A stretch of 54,971 nucleotides of DNA from a bacterium (GTDB taxonomy: Bacteria > Zhuqueibacterota > QNDG01 > JABMRT01), in contig DSAP01000029.1 of NCBI GenBank assembly GCA_011046415.1, positions 1 through 54,971 on the forward strand, in the 5' to 3' direction. Below the pieces are notes generated by a model. That model made no database searches and was not told the DNA's origin. It was given only the letters and a program-made list of their open reading frames with translations. How positions within the stretch are numbered: the first letter of the stretch is position 1; each line of letters starts with the position of its first letter. A program made the position numbers and the translations under genes. Shown here piece after piece: positions 17,482-27,390 of this stretch.

Positions 17482-19203
17482 TTGGGTTTACATCGAGAAA
17501 ATGCCGGTTGCATTGAAAAGCCCGGCGATGGAAAGAGAGGCGACAGCCTGAAACGGGAACAGGATGGGACCGGTTCAACCGCATGCCGCCCTCCGGAGAA
17601 CCCCTTGCGTTCTGAAATACAGGAATACCTCGATATCCGTCAACACCGGCGGTGGATCGTTCCCCGTGCCGCCCTGGTCGGAGTCTGCGCGGGTTTCGTC
17701 GCCCTGCTTTTCCGGACCGCACTGGGCGGTGCGGAACATTTTAGAAACGACCTGATATCCCGGGCGCATGCGATGCCCCGTTTCGGATGGATCGTTCCCG
17801 TGTTGTTTACCATGTCCGGGGCGGGAATCGCGGTGGCGGTCACGCGCCGTCATGCGCCCGAAGCCGCCGGAAGCGGCATCCCGCATCTGGAAGCCGTCCT
17901 GCACCGCCTGCGCAGACTCGACTGGAAGCGCGTCCTGCCCGTCAAGTTCTTCGGAGGCGTCCTGGCGATCGGCGGCGGCCTGGCCCTGGGGCGTGAAGGG
18001 CCCACGGTTCAGATGGGCGGAGCCGTCGGCGACGCCGTCTCGAACTGGCTCAAGGTATCCCCGAGGGAGCGTCTGACCCTGATTTCCGCCGGGGCCGGCG
18101 CGGGGCTGTCCGCCGCGTTCAACGCCCCCCTCTCCGGACTGATTTTCGTCCTCGAGGAAGTCCGGCGTGATTTCCAGCCCATCGTCTTCAGCGCGGTTTT
18201 CGTGTCCACGATGACGGCGGTCGTCGTCGCGCGGATCGGACTGGGCCAGTTCCCGGTCTTCACGATCCCGAATTACCCGGTGCCTCCGCTCACATCCCTG
18301 CCGGTATTCGCCCTGCTGGGCGTCGCGGCCGGTGTGTTTGGTATCCTGTTCAACCGCAGCCTGCTCACGATGATCGAAATGCAGGCGCGGCTGCCCGCAC
18401 GCTTCGTGCTCCCGGCCGCCGCGATGACCGGCGGATTGATCGGGCTGGTCGGATGGTTCTCTCCGCATCTGATCGGCGGCGGACACGCATTGACCGAATC
18501 CGTGCTGCGCGGCGACATGCTCCTTATCTCGATTCCAGTCTTGTTCCTGATCCGCCTTTCCCTGACCGCTTCCAGTTATGCCACGGGTGCCCCCGGCGGA
18601 ATTTTCGCACCGATGCTCGTCCTGGGCGCATTGCTCGGTCTGGCCGTCGGACAGATCGCTCACGGCGTCTTACCGGACATCGTCCCCGTGCCGGCGCTGT
18701 TCTCGGTCATCGGCATGGCGGCCTGTTTCACCGCGATCGTGCGTGCGCCGCTCACGGGCATCATGCTGATCATCGAGATGACCGGCAATTACGCACAGAT
18801 GCTGCCCTTGCTGGTGAGCTGTTTTTGCGCCTATGCGATCACCGAACTGCTGAAGAATGTGCCCATTTACGAAGCCCTCATGAAACGGGAGCTGACACGA
18901 TCGGGGGAAATGCACCGGCTGGAGAAGCCGGCGGTTACCGAATTCACCGTCCAGCCGGGCGCACCGTTCGCCGGATGTACGGTGCGCTCGCTCGGTCTTC
19001 CATCGGGATGCATTTTGGTGCGCTGTTCTGACGGGAGACACGAATGGGTGCCGGAGGCCGACACCCGTCTCGAATCCGGCACGCACATCACGGTCGTGAT
19101 CGCCCCGGACGCCGCCCCGCATGCCCTGGAAAAGCTGCGCAGGGGCTGCGAGAAACAAAACCAGGGCATAGATGCCCGGACAGGGAATGGCCTGAGAAAC
19201 TGA
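17482..19203 (+). CDS. ClC-family chloride channel/H+-Cl- antiporter with C-terminal TrkA-C (RCK_C) domain
   Basis: GSGIPHLE, GREGPTVQMG and GIFAPML selectivity-filter motifs plus a C-terminal RCK_C-like segment. There is no in-frame ATG or GTG near the 5' end. Candidate starts are TTG 17482 and TTG 17605, the latter preceded by GGAGA. Confidence 0.88.
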   Translation: MGLHRENAGCIEKPGDGKRGDSLKREQDGTGSTACRPPENPLRSEIQEYLDIRQHRRWIVPRAALVGVCAGFVALLFRTALGGAEHFRNDLISRAHAMPRFGWIVPVLFTMSGAGIAVAVTRRHAPEAAGSGIPHLEAVLHRLRRLDWKRVLPVKFFGGVLAIGGGLALGREGPTVQMGGAVGDAVSNWLKVSPRERLTLISAGAGAGLSAAFNAPLSGLIFVLEEVRRDFQPIVFSAVFVSTMTAVVVARIGLGQFPVFTIPNYPVPPLTSLPVFALLGVAAGVFGILFNRSLLTMIEMQARLPARFVLPAAAMTGGLIGLVGWFSPHLIGGGHALTESVLRGDMLLISIPVLFLIRLSLTASSYATGAPGGIFAPMLVLGALLGLAVGQIAHGVLPDIVPVPALFSVIGMAACFTAIVRAPLTGIMLIIEMTGNYAQMLPLLVSCFCAYAITELLKNVPIYEALMKRELTRSGEMHRLEKPAVTEFTVQPGAPFAGCTVRSLGLPSGCILVRCSDGRHEWVPEADTRLESGTHITVVIAPDAAPHALEKLRRGCEKQNQGIDARTGNGLRN

Positions 19204-21018
19204 ATGCCCGGGAAAAGGAATCCCATCATGATCGCCATAAGAAAATCACGTATCATTTGTTACACAATCTGTGCACTGTCCATGTACGCGCATGCACGGG
19301 CAGAAATGGCCATGCAGCATATCGAAGGCCGGAACATCACCAGCCTGAACGGCGGGTGGGATGTGATCATCGACCCCACCAATAACGGCGACTGGCGAAA
19401 AGTCTGGATCGAACCCGTCGTACAAAACGACCATCAGTTCTTTGAGTATTCATTCGATGGCGGACCGGTTTTGAGGGTGCCCGGCGATTTCAACTCCCAA
19501 CGCTGCGAGCTGACCTACTACGAAAGCACCGTCTGGTACAGGCGCCGTTTCGAACTGAGACCCGAGACCGGAAGTCGGTACTTTCTTTATTTCGGCGCCG
19601 TGAACTATCTCGCCAGGGTCTATCTGAATGAAGAAGAGATTGGCGTTCACGAGGGAGGGTTCACCCCCTTTCAATTCGAGATCACCAATCGAGTCCATGA
19701 GGGAATGAATACCGTGGTGGTCCGGGTCAACAACCGGCGCCGTGAGGACGGAGTACCCGCCGAAGGGTACGACTGGCTGAACTACGGCGGCATCACACGG
19801 GATGTTTATCTTGTCGTCACACCCGAAACTTATATTGAAGATTATTTTATCCAGCTGAGAAAGGACTCGTTCAACGAGGTGGATGGATGGATCAGGTTAA
19901 ATGGCGAAAGAAAAAACCAGCGAATTGTCCTCACAATTCCCGAAACGGGTCAGAAATTCTCTTTTAAAACCGATGGAGACGGCCGGGCCCGGATTCATTT
20001 CAATTGGGATTTTGAATTGTGGTCACCCGAAAATCCGAAGCGATACGACCTGATCATCGAATCGGAAACCGACATGATCCATGACCGGATCGGATTCCGT
20101 ACAGTCGGGGTGGAAGGCTTCAGGGTCTTGCTCAACGGAAAACCTGTTTTCCTGAAAGCCGTCAACATACATGAAGAGAACCCTTTCACCGGATCACGCG
20201 CCGCGACTGCGGCCGACAACCGGGTTCTGCTTGACTGGGCCAAAGAACTGGGCTGCAACATGGTTCGGCTGGCCCACTATCCGCATAACGAAGCCATGGT
20301 ACGCATGGCCGAAGAGATGGGACTCATGGTATGGAGTGAAATCCCGGTGTATCAGCATATCAATTTCAAGAACCCCAAAACCGTGAAGACCATGAACCAC
20401 ATGCTGCGCGAGATGATCACACGCGATAAAAACCGCTGCGGAGTCATCATCTGGTCGGTCTCGAACGAGACCTACGCGTCGCCGGAACGGGATCAGGCCC
20501 ATATCGGCATGGTGAATATTTGCCGTGAGATGGACCCTGCCAGACTGGTCTCGGCCGCGATCAGTAACCAAAGTTACCGGGACAACACGTTCGAGGTATG
20601 GGACCCGATGGTCTGCCACCTCGATATCATTTCCGTCAACGAATACATCGGCTGGTATGTTCCGTGGCAGGGCCATCCTTCCGACATCAACTGGGTGATG
20701 GTTTGCGACAAGCCCCTTTTTATTTCCGAATTCGGCGGTGAAGCCCATTACGGCAGCAATCATGGTCCCAAACACAGGGCCGCCTCATGGAGTGAAGAAT
20801 ATCTGGCACAGATATACCGCGATCAAATGATGATGTTTGATGCAACACCCAATCTTTGCGGGATCTCTCCCTGGCTGCTGGTCGATTATCGCTCGACCGC
20901 CAGGCTGCACCCGGTTTATCAGAGCGGATGGAATCGCAAAGGATTGCTTTCCGATCAGGGCGAAAAGAAAAAGGCATGGTTCATCGTACAGGATTATTTC
21001 AGGCGTGCGGATAAATGA
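19204..21018 (+). CDS. Glycoside hydrolase family 2 (beta-glucuronidase/beta-galactosidase-like)
   Basis: 604 aa with YFGAVNYLARVYLNEEEIGVHEGGFTPFQFEIT (sugar-binding domain), VRLAHYPHNE and WSVSNE (acid/base region), plus an N-terminal signal. Confidence 0.85.
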   Translation: MPGKRNPIMIAIRKSRIICYTICALSMYAHARAEMAMQHIEGRNITSLNGGWDVIIDPTNNGDWRKVWIEPVVQNDHQFFEYSFDGGPVLRVPGDFNSQRCELTYYESTVWYRRRFELRPETGSRYFLYFGAVNYLARVYLNEEEIGVHEGGFTPFQFEITNRVHEGMNTVVVRVNNRRREDGVPAEGYDWLNYGGITRDVYLVVTPETYIEDYFIQLRKDSFNEVDGWIRLNGERKNQRIVLTIPETGQKFSFKTDGDGRARIHFNWDFELWSPENPKRYDLIIESETDMIHDRIGFRTVGVEGFRVLLNGKPVFLKAVNIHEENPFTGSRAATAADNRVLLDWAKELGCNMVRLAHYPHNEAMVRMAEEMGLMVWSEIPVYQHINFKNPKTVKTMNHMLREMITRDKNRCGVIIWSVSNETYASPERDQAHIGMVNICREMDPARLVSAAISNQSYRDNTFEVWDPMVCHLDIISVNEYIGWYVPWQGHPSDINWVMVCDKPLFISEFGGEAHYGSNHGPKHRAASWSEEYLAQIYRDQMMMFDATPNLCGISPWLLVDYRSTARLHPVYQSGWNRKGLLSDQGEKKKAWFIVQDYFRRADK

Positions 21019-21077
21019 GTGTCCGTCAAGATAGCCGTCAGACAGAAACAATCCAAAAAAAATAAGGATCCACTAAG

Positions 21078-23066
21078 ATGCAAACCCTCCTGAAACGCCG
21101 GAACGGATCGGACCGGTTTCCCGGACTTTATCCGATCTGTTTACTGATCATTATCCTGTCCGTCCACGCCCATGCCGGAATCCGGCTTCCCCGGCTGATC
21201 GGCGACGGGATGGTGCTGCAGCGGAACACCGAGGTGGAAATCTGGGGCTGGGCGGATGAATATGAAACCGTCACCCTCCATTTCCTGGGTTCAATCCATA
21301 CGGCCACCCCCGACCCGGACGGAAGATGGCGCCTCACGCTGTCCGGCCTGGAGGCGGGCGGGCCGCACCGCATGCGGATCGTCGCAGGCGACACCCTCAC
21401 GATCGACGACATCCTGATCGGCGACGTCTGGGTCTGTTCGGGCCAGTCACAGATGGATATCACCATGGATCGGGTGAGCCCCCTGTATCCTGACGAGATC
21501 CGCTCCGCGGGCAACCCCATGATCCGTTACTTTTCGGTCCCGACGGCATACGACTTCCGGCAACCCCGGGAGGACCTGTCCGGCGGCGAATGGGTGGCGG
21601 TGCGTCCGGACAACATCCTCGGCATTTCCGCGGTCGCCTATTTCTTCGCCGACGAATTGTTCGCCCGGTACCGGGTTCCGGTCGGCATCATCCGTTCGAG
21701 CCTGGGAGGATCCCCCGCAGAAGCCTGGATCAGCGGGGATGCACTCCGTGAATTCCCCGTGCATCACGCCGAGGCGCAGCGGTTTAAGAACACCGTCCTG
21801 ATCGACAGCCTCGAACGGGCGGACAGACGGCGATCCGACGAATGGCATCATCGGATGAACCGGACGGATGAGGGATACCGGGATCCCGGCTTGCCCTGGC
21901 ACAGACCGGAAGCCGGCACGACCGGCTGGGACGTGATGGAAATCCCGGGCTACTGGGCGGACGGCGATCCGGGCAGGATCAATGGCGTTCTCTGGTTCCG
22001 GAAAGACATCACCCTTCCCGAAAGCCTGTCCGGGAAACCGGCGAAGCTCCTTCTCGGACGGATCGTGGACGCCGATTCCGTGTTCGTGAACGGCGTCTAT
22101 GTCGGTTCAACCGGTTACCAGTATCCACCGAGAAGATACGATGTGCCTCCGGATCTGCTCAGGAAGGGTGAAAATACGATCGTGATCCGGCTGATCAGTT
22201 ACGGCGGAAAAGGCGGATTCGTCCCGGACAAACCGTACGAACTCATCGTGGAAGACCTCCGGATCGGCCTGGAAGGAAAATGGCGCTTCCGGGTGGGCGC
22301 AAAGATGGAACCGCTTCGCTCCCAGACGTTCGTCCGGTTCAAGCCCGTCGGCCTCTTTAATGGGATGATCGCCCCGCTGACCCGTTACGCCATCAAGGGC
22401 GTGATCTGGTATCAGGGCGAGTCGAACACGGGCAGGCCCTTGGAATACAGGACGCTGTTTCCGGCGCTGATCCGGAACTGGAGAGAAGAATGGGGCCGGG
22501 GCGACTTCCCCTTCCTGTTTGTCCAGCTCCATAATTACATGGAAAGCCATGACCATCCGACCGAGAGTAACTGGGCCCTCACGCGGGAAGCCCAGGCCGG
22601 GGCCCTCGCCCTGCCGAACACGGGCATGGCGGTGGCGATCGACCTGGGTGAGTGGAACGACATCCACCCGCTCAACAAGAAGGATGTGTCGAAACGGCTC
22701 GCGCTCGCGGCCCGGGAAATCGTGTATCACGAATCCGGCGTCGTCGGATCGGGCCCTCGGTTCCGTTCCATGGAAATCGAGGGAAACCGGCTGATCCTGA
22801 CCTTTTCCGGTGTCGGGAGCGGATTGATCGCGAAGGGGAATGGAGAACTGAAACATTTCGCGGTCGCCGGAGAGGACAGACGCTTCGTCTGGGCCAAGGC
22901 GGTCATCGACGGGGAGCGGTTGATTGTGTGGAGCGATGAAGTCCCGAATCCCGTGGCCGTGCGGTACGCGTGGGCGGACAATCCGGACGGGGCGAATCTG
23001 TACAACCGGGAAGGCCTACCGGCCTCCCCTTTCAGGACGGACGACTGGATGCCGGGTGGAAACTGA
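21078..23066 (+). CDS. Sialate O-acetylesterase family (SASA/DUF303) carbohydrate esterase
   Basis: 662 aa with a signal peptide. It carries the GDVWVCSGQSQM (GQSN-type) and GVIWYQGESN motifs characteristic of 9-O-acetylesterases. Confidence 0.85.
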   Translation: MQTLLKRRNGSDRFPGLYPICLLIIILSVHAHAGIRLPRLIGDGMVLQRNTEVEIWGWADEYETVTLHFLGSIHTATPDPDGRWRLTLSGLEAGGPHRMRIVAGDTLTIDDILIGDVWVCSGQSQMDITMDRVSPLYPDEIRSAGNPMIRYFSVPTAYDFRQPREDLSGGEWVAVRPDNILGISAVAYFFADELFARYRVPVGIIRSSLGGSPAEAWISGDALREFPVHHAEAQRFKNTVLIDSLERADRRRSDEWHHRMNRTDEGYRDPGLPWHRPEAGTTGWDVMEIPGYWADGDPGRINGVLWFRKDITLPESLSGKPAKLLLGRIVDADSVFVNGVYVGSTGYQYPPRRYDVPPDLLRKGENTIVIRLISYGGKGGFVPDKPYELIVEDLRIGLEGKWRFRVGAKMEPLRSQTFVRFKPVGLFNGMIAPLTRYAIKGVIWYQGESNTGRPLEYRTLFPALIRNWREEWGRGDFPFLFVQLHNYMESHDHPTESNWALTREAQAGALALPNTGMAVAIDLGEWNDIHPLNKKDVSKRLALAAREIVYHESGVVGSGPRFRSMEIEGNRLILTFSGVGSGLIAKGNGELKHFAVAGEDRRFVWAKAVIDGERLIVWSDEVPNPVAVRYAWADNPDGANLYNREGLPASPFRTDDWMPGGN

Positions 23067-23102
23067 CCCGAAGATCCCATAACCGATCGACAGGAGAACA
23101 TC

Positions 23103-23393
23103 ATGCGAAAAACCACATGGGTGATCATCCTCGCCCTCGGATTGCTTTTGGCGTCCTGCGCTCCGGGCGGCGGACGGTACCGGAAGGACAGACCGGCGGG
23201 CTTCTTATCCGGCATCTGGCACGGATGGATCGCCCCGGTCACCCTGATCGTCGGAATCTTCGACGGCAACATCCGGGTGTATGAAATCAACAATTCAGGA
23301 TGGTGGTATGATTTCGGTTTCTACATCGCGATCATCGGGGGATTCGGGGGGTTGTCCCTGACCCGGAAGAAAAGAAAACGCTTCGATGAGTAG
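23103..23393 (+). CDS. Small lipoprotein/membrane protein, unknown function
   Basis: 96 aa with lipobox LLLASC, two hydrophobic segments and a basic tail. Confidence 0.5.
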   Translation: MRKTTWVIILALGLLLASCAPGGGRYRKDRPAGFLSGIWHGWIAPVTLIVGIFDGNIRVYEINNSGWWYDFGFYIAIIGGFGGLSLTRKKRKRFDE

Positions 23394-23471
23394 CCCGGCG
23401 TTCGGACAGGGGCGGAGAATTCTTGGCGCCGGACCGCTTGGATTCCGGATTTTCCGGTCCGAACCCTGTAA

Positions 23472-23756
23472 AATCCATCGCGGCCCCGCATGCGGTTTCG
23501 ATATCGCATCCGCGGGAAATCCATCCCGGTTCGGACTCCCGCGGCCCGCAGGATCCCCGGGATGGCCAGGAGGTTTCCAGTTTACGCGAAAGAGATCAAC
23601 GGAATCGAGAAAGTGGAACTCGAGGTCTTTCAAACCAACACCGCCGCGATCGCATTCTACGGGAAAGCGGGATTCCGGAGGGAAGGCGTGCGGATCCGGG
23701 CGCGCAGGATCGACGCCGTTTTCGACGATCTCCTCCTGATGGGCAGGAAAATCTGA
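23472..23756 (+). pseudogene. Truncated GNAT N-acetyltransferase remnant (C-terminal half only)
   Basis: IEKVELEVFQTNTAAIAFYGKAGFRREG matches GNAT motif B and the following strand. An in-frame stop at 23469-23471 removes the roughly 90 N-terminal residues a GNAT fold needs. Confidence 0.4.
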
Positions 23757-23893
23757 TGCGGCGATCGTCGAAAACGGCGGAAGCCGGCGTGAAGGAGGGG
23801 CCTGATCCGGGGAACGCACAGACCCGCCGTCCGGCAGGGTTCCGGAAAACGTCCATCCCATCCGGGAGAATCCGAACCGGAGGATGCCGGGAA

Positions 23894-25123
23894 ATGTTGT
23901 TTCTCCGCATAAGCTGGATCCTCCTGATCCCCGCGATACTGTGCGGACAGGAATTCGCGCTGGAAGACATCCGCCTCTACGGCCAGGTGAGGACGCCTGC
24001 CTCCGTCATCCTGCGCGAACTGCGTCTGAAGCCCGGCATGCCGCTCGATCCGTCCCTGTTGAATACGGAACGGGACTGGCTCGTCCGGCTCGATTTCCTC
24101 CGCCGCATCGATTTCCTGACCCGCGCCGTTTCGGACCCGGACCGGCGCACGCTGATGATCGTGGTCTCCGAGAAACCCCGTTTCACGTTCTATCCCTCCG
24201 CGGGCTGGGACGCGCTCTTCGGCATCAGCGCGGGCGTCATGCTGGCCTCGGACAACCTGTCCGGCCGGCGGGAAACCCTGAGAATCCGCGCCCGGTTCGG
24301 CGGGATCCGGGAAGGCCGGCTTCTCTGGTCGAATCCCTGGATGGCCGGATCGCTCCGCCTCTTCACCGAACTGGACCTGGGGTATACCGGTTTCCGGTAT
24401 CTGTACGACGACTTCGAACCGGATTTCTTTCAGGAAGTGTACCGGTTCCGCTGGACCCTGGGCCGCCGCTTCGGCCGACGCGTCCGGATCGGTTTTCGGG
24501 GTGGATGGGACCGGGTGGTCGCGGACGACCCGGACGCCCTGGTCTCGCGCGGCGGCCGGGATACGATGGCCGAACTGGGACTAACGGGGGAATGGGACAC
24601 GCGGGACTGGCCTTTCTATCCCGGACGCGGCGTCTATGCGAAGGCCGCCGTCGCCCGGACCCGGCTTCCGGACGGCCGTATTCTCCGGGAAACCGACGCG
24701 GACCTCCGCGGCTATCTGACCCTGCGGGCGGATCACATCCTGGCTTTTCAGACCGTCGTCCACATCGCGGACGGCCCGGTCCCGGTCTGCCGGCGCGTGC
24801 ATTTCAACGACGGGGCGCTACGCGGGTATCGGACCGGTTCTTTCTGGGGAGAGAACAGCCTGACCGCCTCGCTGGAATACCGCCTCCCCCTGCACTATGA
24901 ACGCAATCCTTCAGCGAATCTCCATGCCGGAACCCTCGCCGTCTTCTTCGCGGACGCGGGGGCCGCCTGGCTCCAGTCCGACAGGTCCGGATGGAAGCGG
25001 CTTCACGGCGCGGCGGGATTCGGAATCCATGCCGTGTGGCAGCGATGGGTACTCCGGGCCGAATACGGCGTCAACCGCGGCGGCCGGGGTTTCCTGACTG
25101 CGGGAACGGATGTGAGGTTCTGA
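23894..25123 (+). CDS. Omp85/BamA-family outer membrane protein with a single POTRA domain
   Basis: Start at MLFLRISWILLIPAILCGQ (signal). It has a POTRA-like IRLYGQVRTPASVILRELRLKPGMPLD, a C-terminal surface-antigen barrel and terminal F. The upstream 157 codons of the track ORF are non-coding-like. Confidence 0.75.
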   Translation: MLFLRISWILLIPAILCGQEFALEDIRLYGQVRTPASVILRELRLKPGMPLDPSLLNTERDWLVRLDFLRRIDFLTRAVSDPDRRTLMIVVSEKPRFTFYPSAGWDALFGISAGVMLASDNLSGRRETLRIRARFGGIREGRLLWSNPWMAGSLRLFTELDLGYTGFRYLYDDFEPDFFQEVYRFRWTLGRRFGRRVRIGFRGGWDRVVADDPDALVSRGGRDTMAELGLTGEWDTRDWPFYPGRGVYAKAAVARTRLPDGRILRETDADLRGYLTLRADHILAFQTVVHIADGPVPVCRRVHFNDGALRGYRTGSFWGENSLTASLEYRLPLHYERNPSANLHAGTLAVFFADAGAAWLQSDRSGWKRLHGAAGFGIHAVWQRWVLRAEYGVNRGGRGFLTAGTDVRF

Positions 25124-25125
25124 CC

Positions 25126-26421
25126 ATGCGGTGGAGGACGGTACTCTACCTGCTCATCGTTATGGGGACGTCCACGGCGGCCCGCGCGCAGACCCTGGCG
25201 GACTCGTCCCTGACGGGACGCCGGATCGCGGAAATCCGGATCCTGGGCAATGCCAAGACCCGGTCCTTCGTCTTTCACCGGGAGATGAAGCAGCGGGTCG
25301 GCGACCGTTTCGATCCCGCACGGGCCGAGGAAGACCGCAAGCGCATCCAGAATCTGATGCTGTTCAACCGCGTCATGGTCTTCGCCCATCCGGATAGCAG
25401 GGAGGTCGTCGTCACCGTGCGGGTCACGGAGCAGTGGTACCTCATCCCCTTCCCCATCCTCTACATCAACGACAGGGACTGGGGGAAGGTGACCTATGGA
25501 GCCGGACTGCACCACATCAATTTCAGGGGACGCGCGGAAACCCTCACGGCACTCCTCAAACTGGGGTACGATCCCTCTTTCGCGTTCGGTTATCATAATC
25601 CCTGGCTGACCGGAGACAGAACGTGGACGGGAGGCTTCGAGACCGCCTGGCACCGGATCCGCAACAAGCATTATCGGGACCTGAGTGTGGACGAGCATCA
25701 TTACACCCTGCGCGGCGCACTCGGGAGACGGTTCGGATACCACACGGCCGTGCGCCTGGAACTGGGATACCGCAGCGTCTCTCTCTCGCCCGCGGTTGAG
25801 GGAAGGACCCTGTCGCCCGGCGGCACGGACCGGATGCCCGAAGCGGCGCTGCAGTTCGAATGGGACCGCCGCGACCTGAAGGAATATCCCCGTTCCGGAT
25901 GGCTGTTGCGGGGAAATCTCCAGAAGAAAGGCATTCCGGGCAACCGCATCGACTGGTCGCGCGCCACGGCGGACGTGAGGGGTTACCTGCCGGTGTCCGG
26001 CGGACTCACCCTCGCCGCGCGTGCGGCATCCACCCTCTCGCGGGGGGAAATCCCGGTCTACAGCCGGGTCTATCTGGGATACGGCGAGCGCATCCGGGGA
26101 CATTTTTACGAAAAGTACGGGGGCGAGAACCGGATCCTGGGTTCGCTGGCCCTCCGGTTCCCCCTCCTCGGAATCCGGTACTGGGACATGGCGCCGGAAG
26201 CGGAATTAAGCGACCTGCGTTTCGGCGTGGGCGGCGGGTTCTTCGCCGACACCGGGATGATCTGGAACCGGACCGAATCCCTGACGCACAGGAAACTCCG
26301 TTCCGGATTCGGCGCGGGCATCCACCTGTTCCTGCCCTATCATGTCCTCGTCCGTCTCGAATCGGCCTGGGACGAATCGGGCCGGCGGCAATGGATCGCG
26401 GATTTGAACGTGGATATCTGA
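25126..26421 (+). CDS. Omp85/BamA-family outer membrane protein with a single POTRA domain (paralog of the upstream gene)
   Basis: Start at MRWRTVLYLLIVMGTSTAARA. POTRA: IAEIRILGNAKTRSFVFHREMKQRVGDRFD. The barrel has GYGERIRG and FGAGIHL motifs. It starts 2 nt after the previous stop. Confidence 0.8.
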   Translation: MRWRTVLYLLIVMGTSTAARAQTLADSSLTGRRIAEIRILGNAKTRSFVFHREMKQRVGDRFDPARAEEDRKRIQNLMLFNRVMVFAHPDSREVVVTVRVTEQWYLIPFPILYINDRDWGKVTYGAGLHHINFRGRAETLTALLKLGYDPSFAFGYHNPWLTGDRTWTGGFETAWHRIRNKHYRDLSVDEHHYTLRGALGRRFGYHTAVRLELGYRSVSLSPAVEGRTLSPGGTDRMPEAALQFEWDRRDLKEYPRSGWLLRGNLQKKGIPGNRIDWSRATADVRGYLPVSGGLTLAARAASTLSRGEIPVYSRVYLGYGERIRGHFYEKYGGENRILGSLALRFPLLGIRYWDMAPEAELSDLRFGVGGGFFADTGMIWNRTESLTHRKLRSGFGAGIHLFLPYHVLVRLESAWDESGRRQWIADLNVDI

Positions 26422-26553
26422 TCGCGATGGCGGAGGGACGAATGGCCGCATCTTCCGGGAACAGAGATTGCAAAAAAGATCAATTGGACAGGACGGCGTA
26501 TGAGTCCCGGACGGGAAAATCCGTCTGATGTAAATAAGGAGAATCCATCACGC

Positions 26554-27291
26554 ATGCACTGGGACAGTTATTATGTCGATCCGGCACAGGTCTCGGGAGA
26601 GGAGCTCCGGATCCGGGGCGATGAACTCCATCATCTCGGCCGGGTAAAACGAAAGCAGCCCGGCGACCGCGTCCGGGTCGTGGACGGAAAGGGCACGGCC
26701 TACGAGGCCGAGATCGTGGAAATCACCGGACGCGAGGCCCGGTGCCGCATTTTGGGAACCCGGAGAAGGATCGGGGAGCCGCTCGCGCAGGTCACCCTCG
26801 CGCAGGGCGTCCTCAAGGGCGAACGGTTCGACTGGCTGGTCGAGAAGGCCGTCGAGATCGGGGTGCATCGGATCATCCCGGTGCTGTCCGAAAATACCGT
26901 AACACGACCGGGAACGCAAAAAACGGCCCGCTGGCGGCGCATCGCGCTCTCCGCCATGAAGCAGAGCGGCCGCTGCGTGCTCCCGGAGGTCACCGAACCG
27001 ATGCCCTTGCCAAAAGTCGCGGCGCTCGGCGTGGACTGCGCCTTCCGTCTGATCGCGGACGCGGGAGAAGGCAGCGTCCCGGTCGGGACCGGAAACGGAT
27101 CCGGAAAGGGCGGTTCCCCGAAGGCCCTGCTCCTCGTCGGCCCCGAAGGCGGATTCACCGATGCGGAACTCTCTCTCGCCCGGGAAAACGGATTCCTCCC
27201 GGTCACGCTCGGTCCGCGGCGGCTCCGGGCCGAGACGGCCGGCCTCGTCCTGACCTCTCTGGTCCTGGGGCGGCTCAGGGAACTCGAATGA
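26554..27291 (+). CDS. rsmE: 16S rRNA (uracil1498-N3)-methyltransferase
   Basis: ELHHLGRVKRKQPGDRVRVVDGKG, KGERFDWLVEKAVEIGV, GPEGGFTDAE and LGPRRLRAETA are RsmE/SPOUT motifs. AGGAGA lies 11 nt upstream of ATG 26554. Confidence 0.88.
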   Translation: MHWDSYYVDPAQVSGEELRIRGDELHHLGRVKRKQPGDRVRVVDGKGTAYEAEIVEITGREARCRILGTRRRIGEPLAQVTLAQGVLKGERFDWLVEKAVEIGVHRIIPVLSENTVTRPGTQKTARWRRIALSAMKQSGRCVLPEVTEPMPLPKVAALGVDCAFRLIADAGEGSVPVGTGNGSGKGGSPKALLLVGPEGGFTDAELSLARENGFLPVTLGPRRLRAETAGLVLTSLVLGRLRELE

Positions 27292-27390
27292 CTCAGCGGC
27301 CGGATCCGATGGCCGTCTAGATATCGGACGGGCCGGACGGAACAAGACAAACACATCGTGTGAATTTCAGTCTTAGGAGAAGGACATCCC

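Noticed and set aside
17467-17604. GGCGAUGGAAAG string in the ClC leader, as a possible fluoride riboswitch.
   Set aside because: The closing UCGCC of P1 and the 3' pseudoknot partner are absent. The channel also has a TrkA-C domain, which fits a chloride-type ClC rather than CLC-F.
27292-27390. Possible fluoride (crcB-motif) riboswitch upstream of crcB.
   Set aside because: Only a loose CCGAUGG string is present. The conserved P1/pseudoknot and CUGAUG...CCUAC elements are not visible. An Infernal run is needed to settle it.
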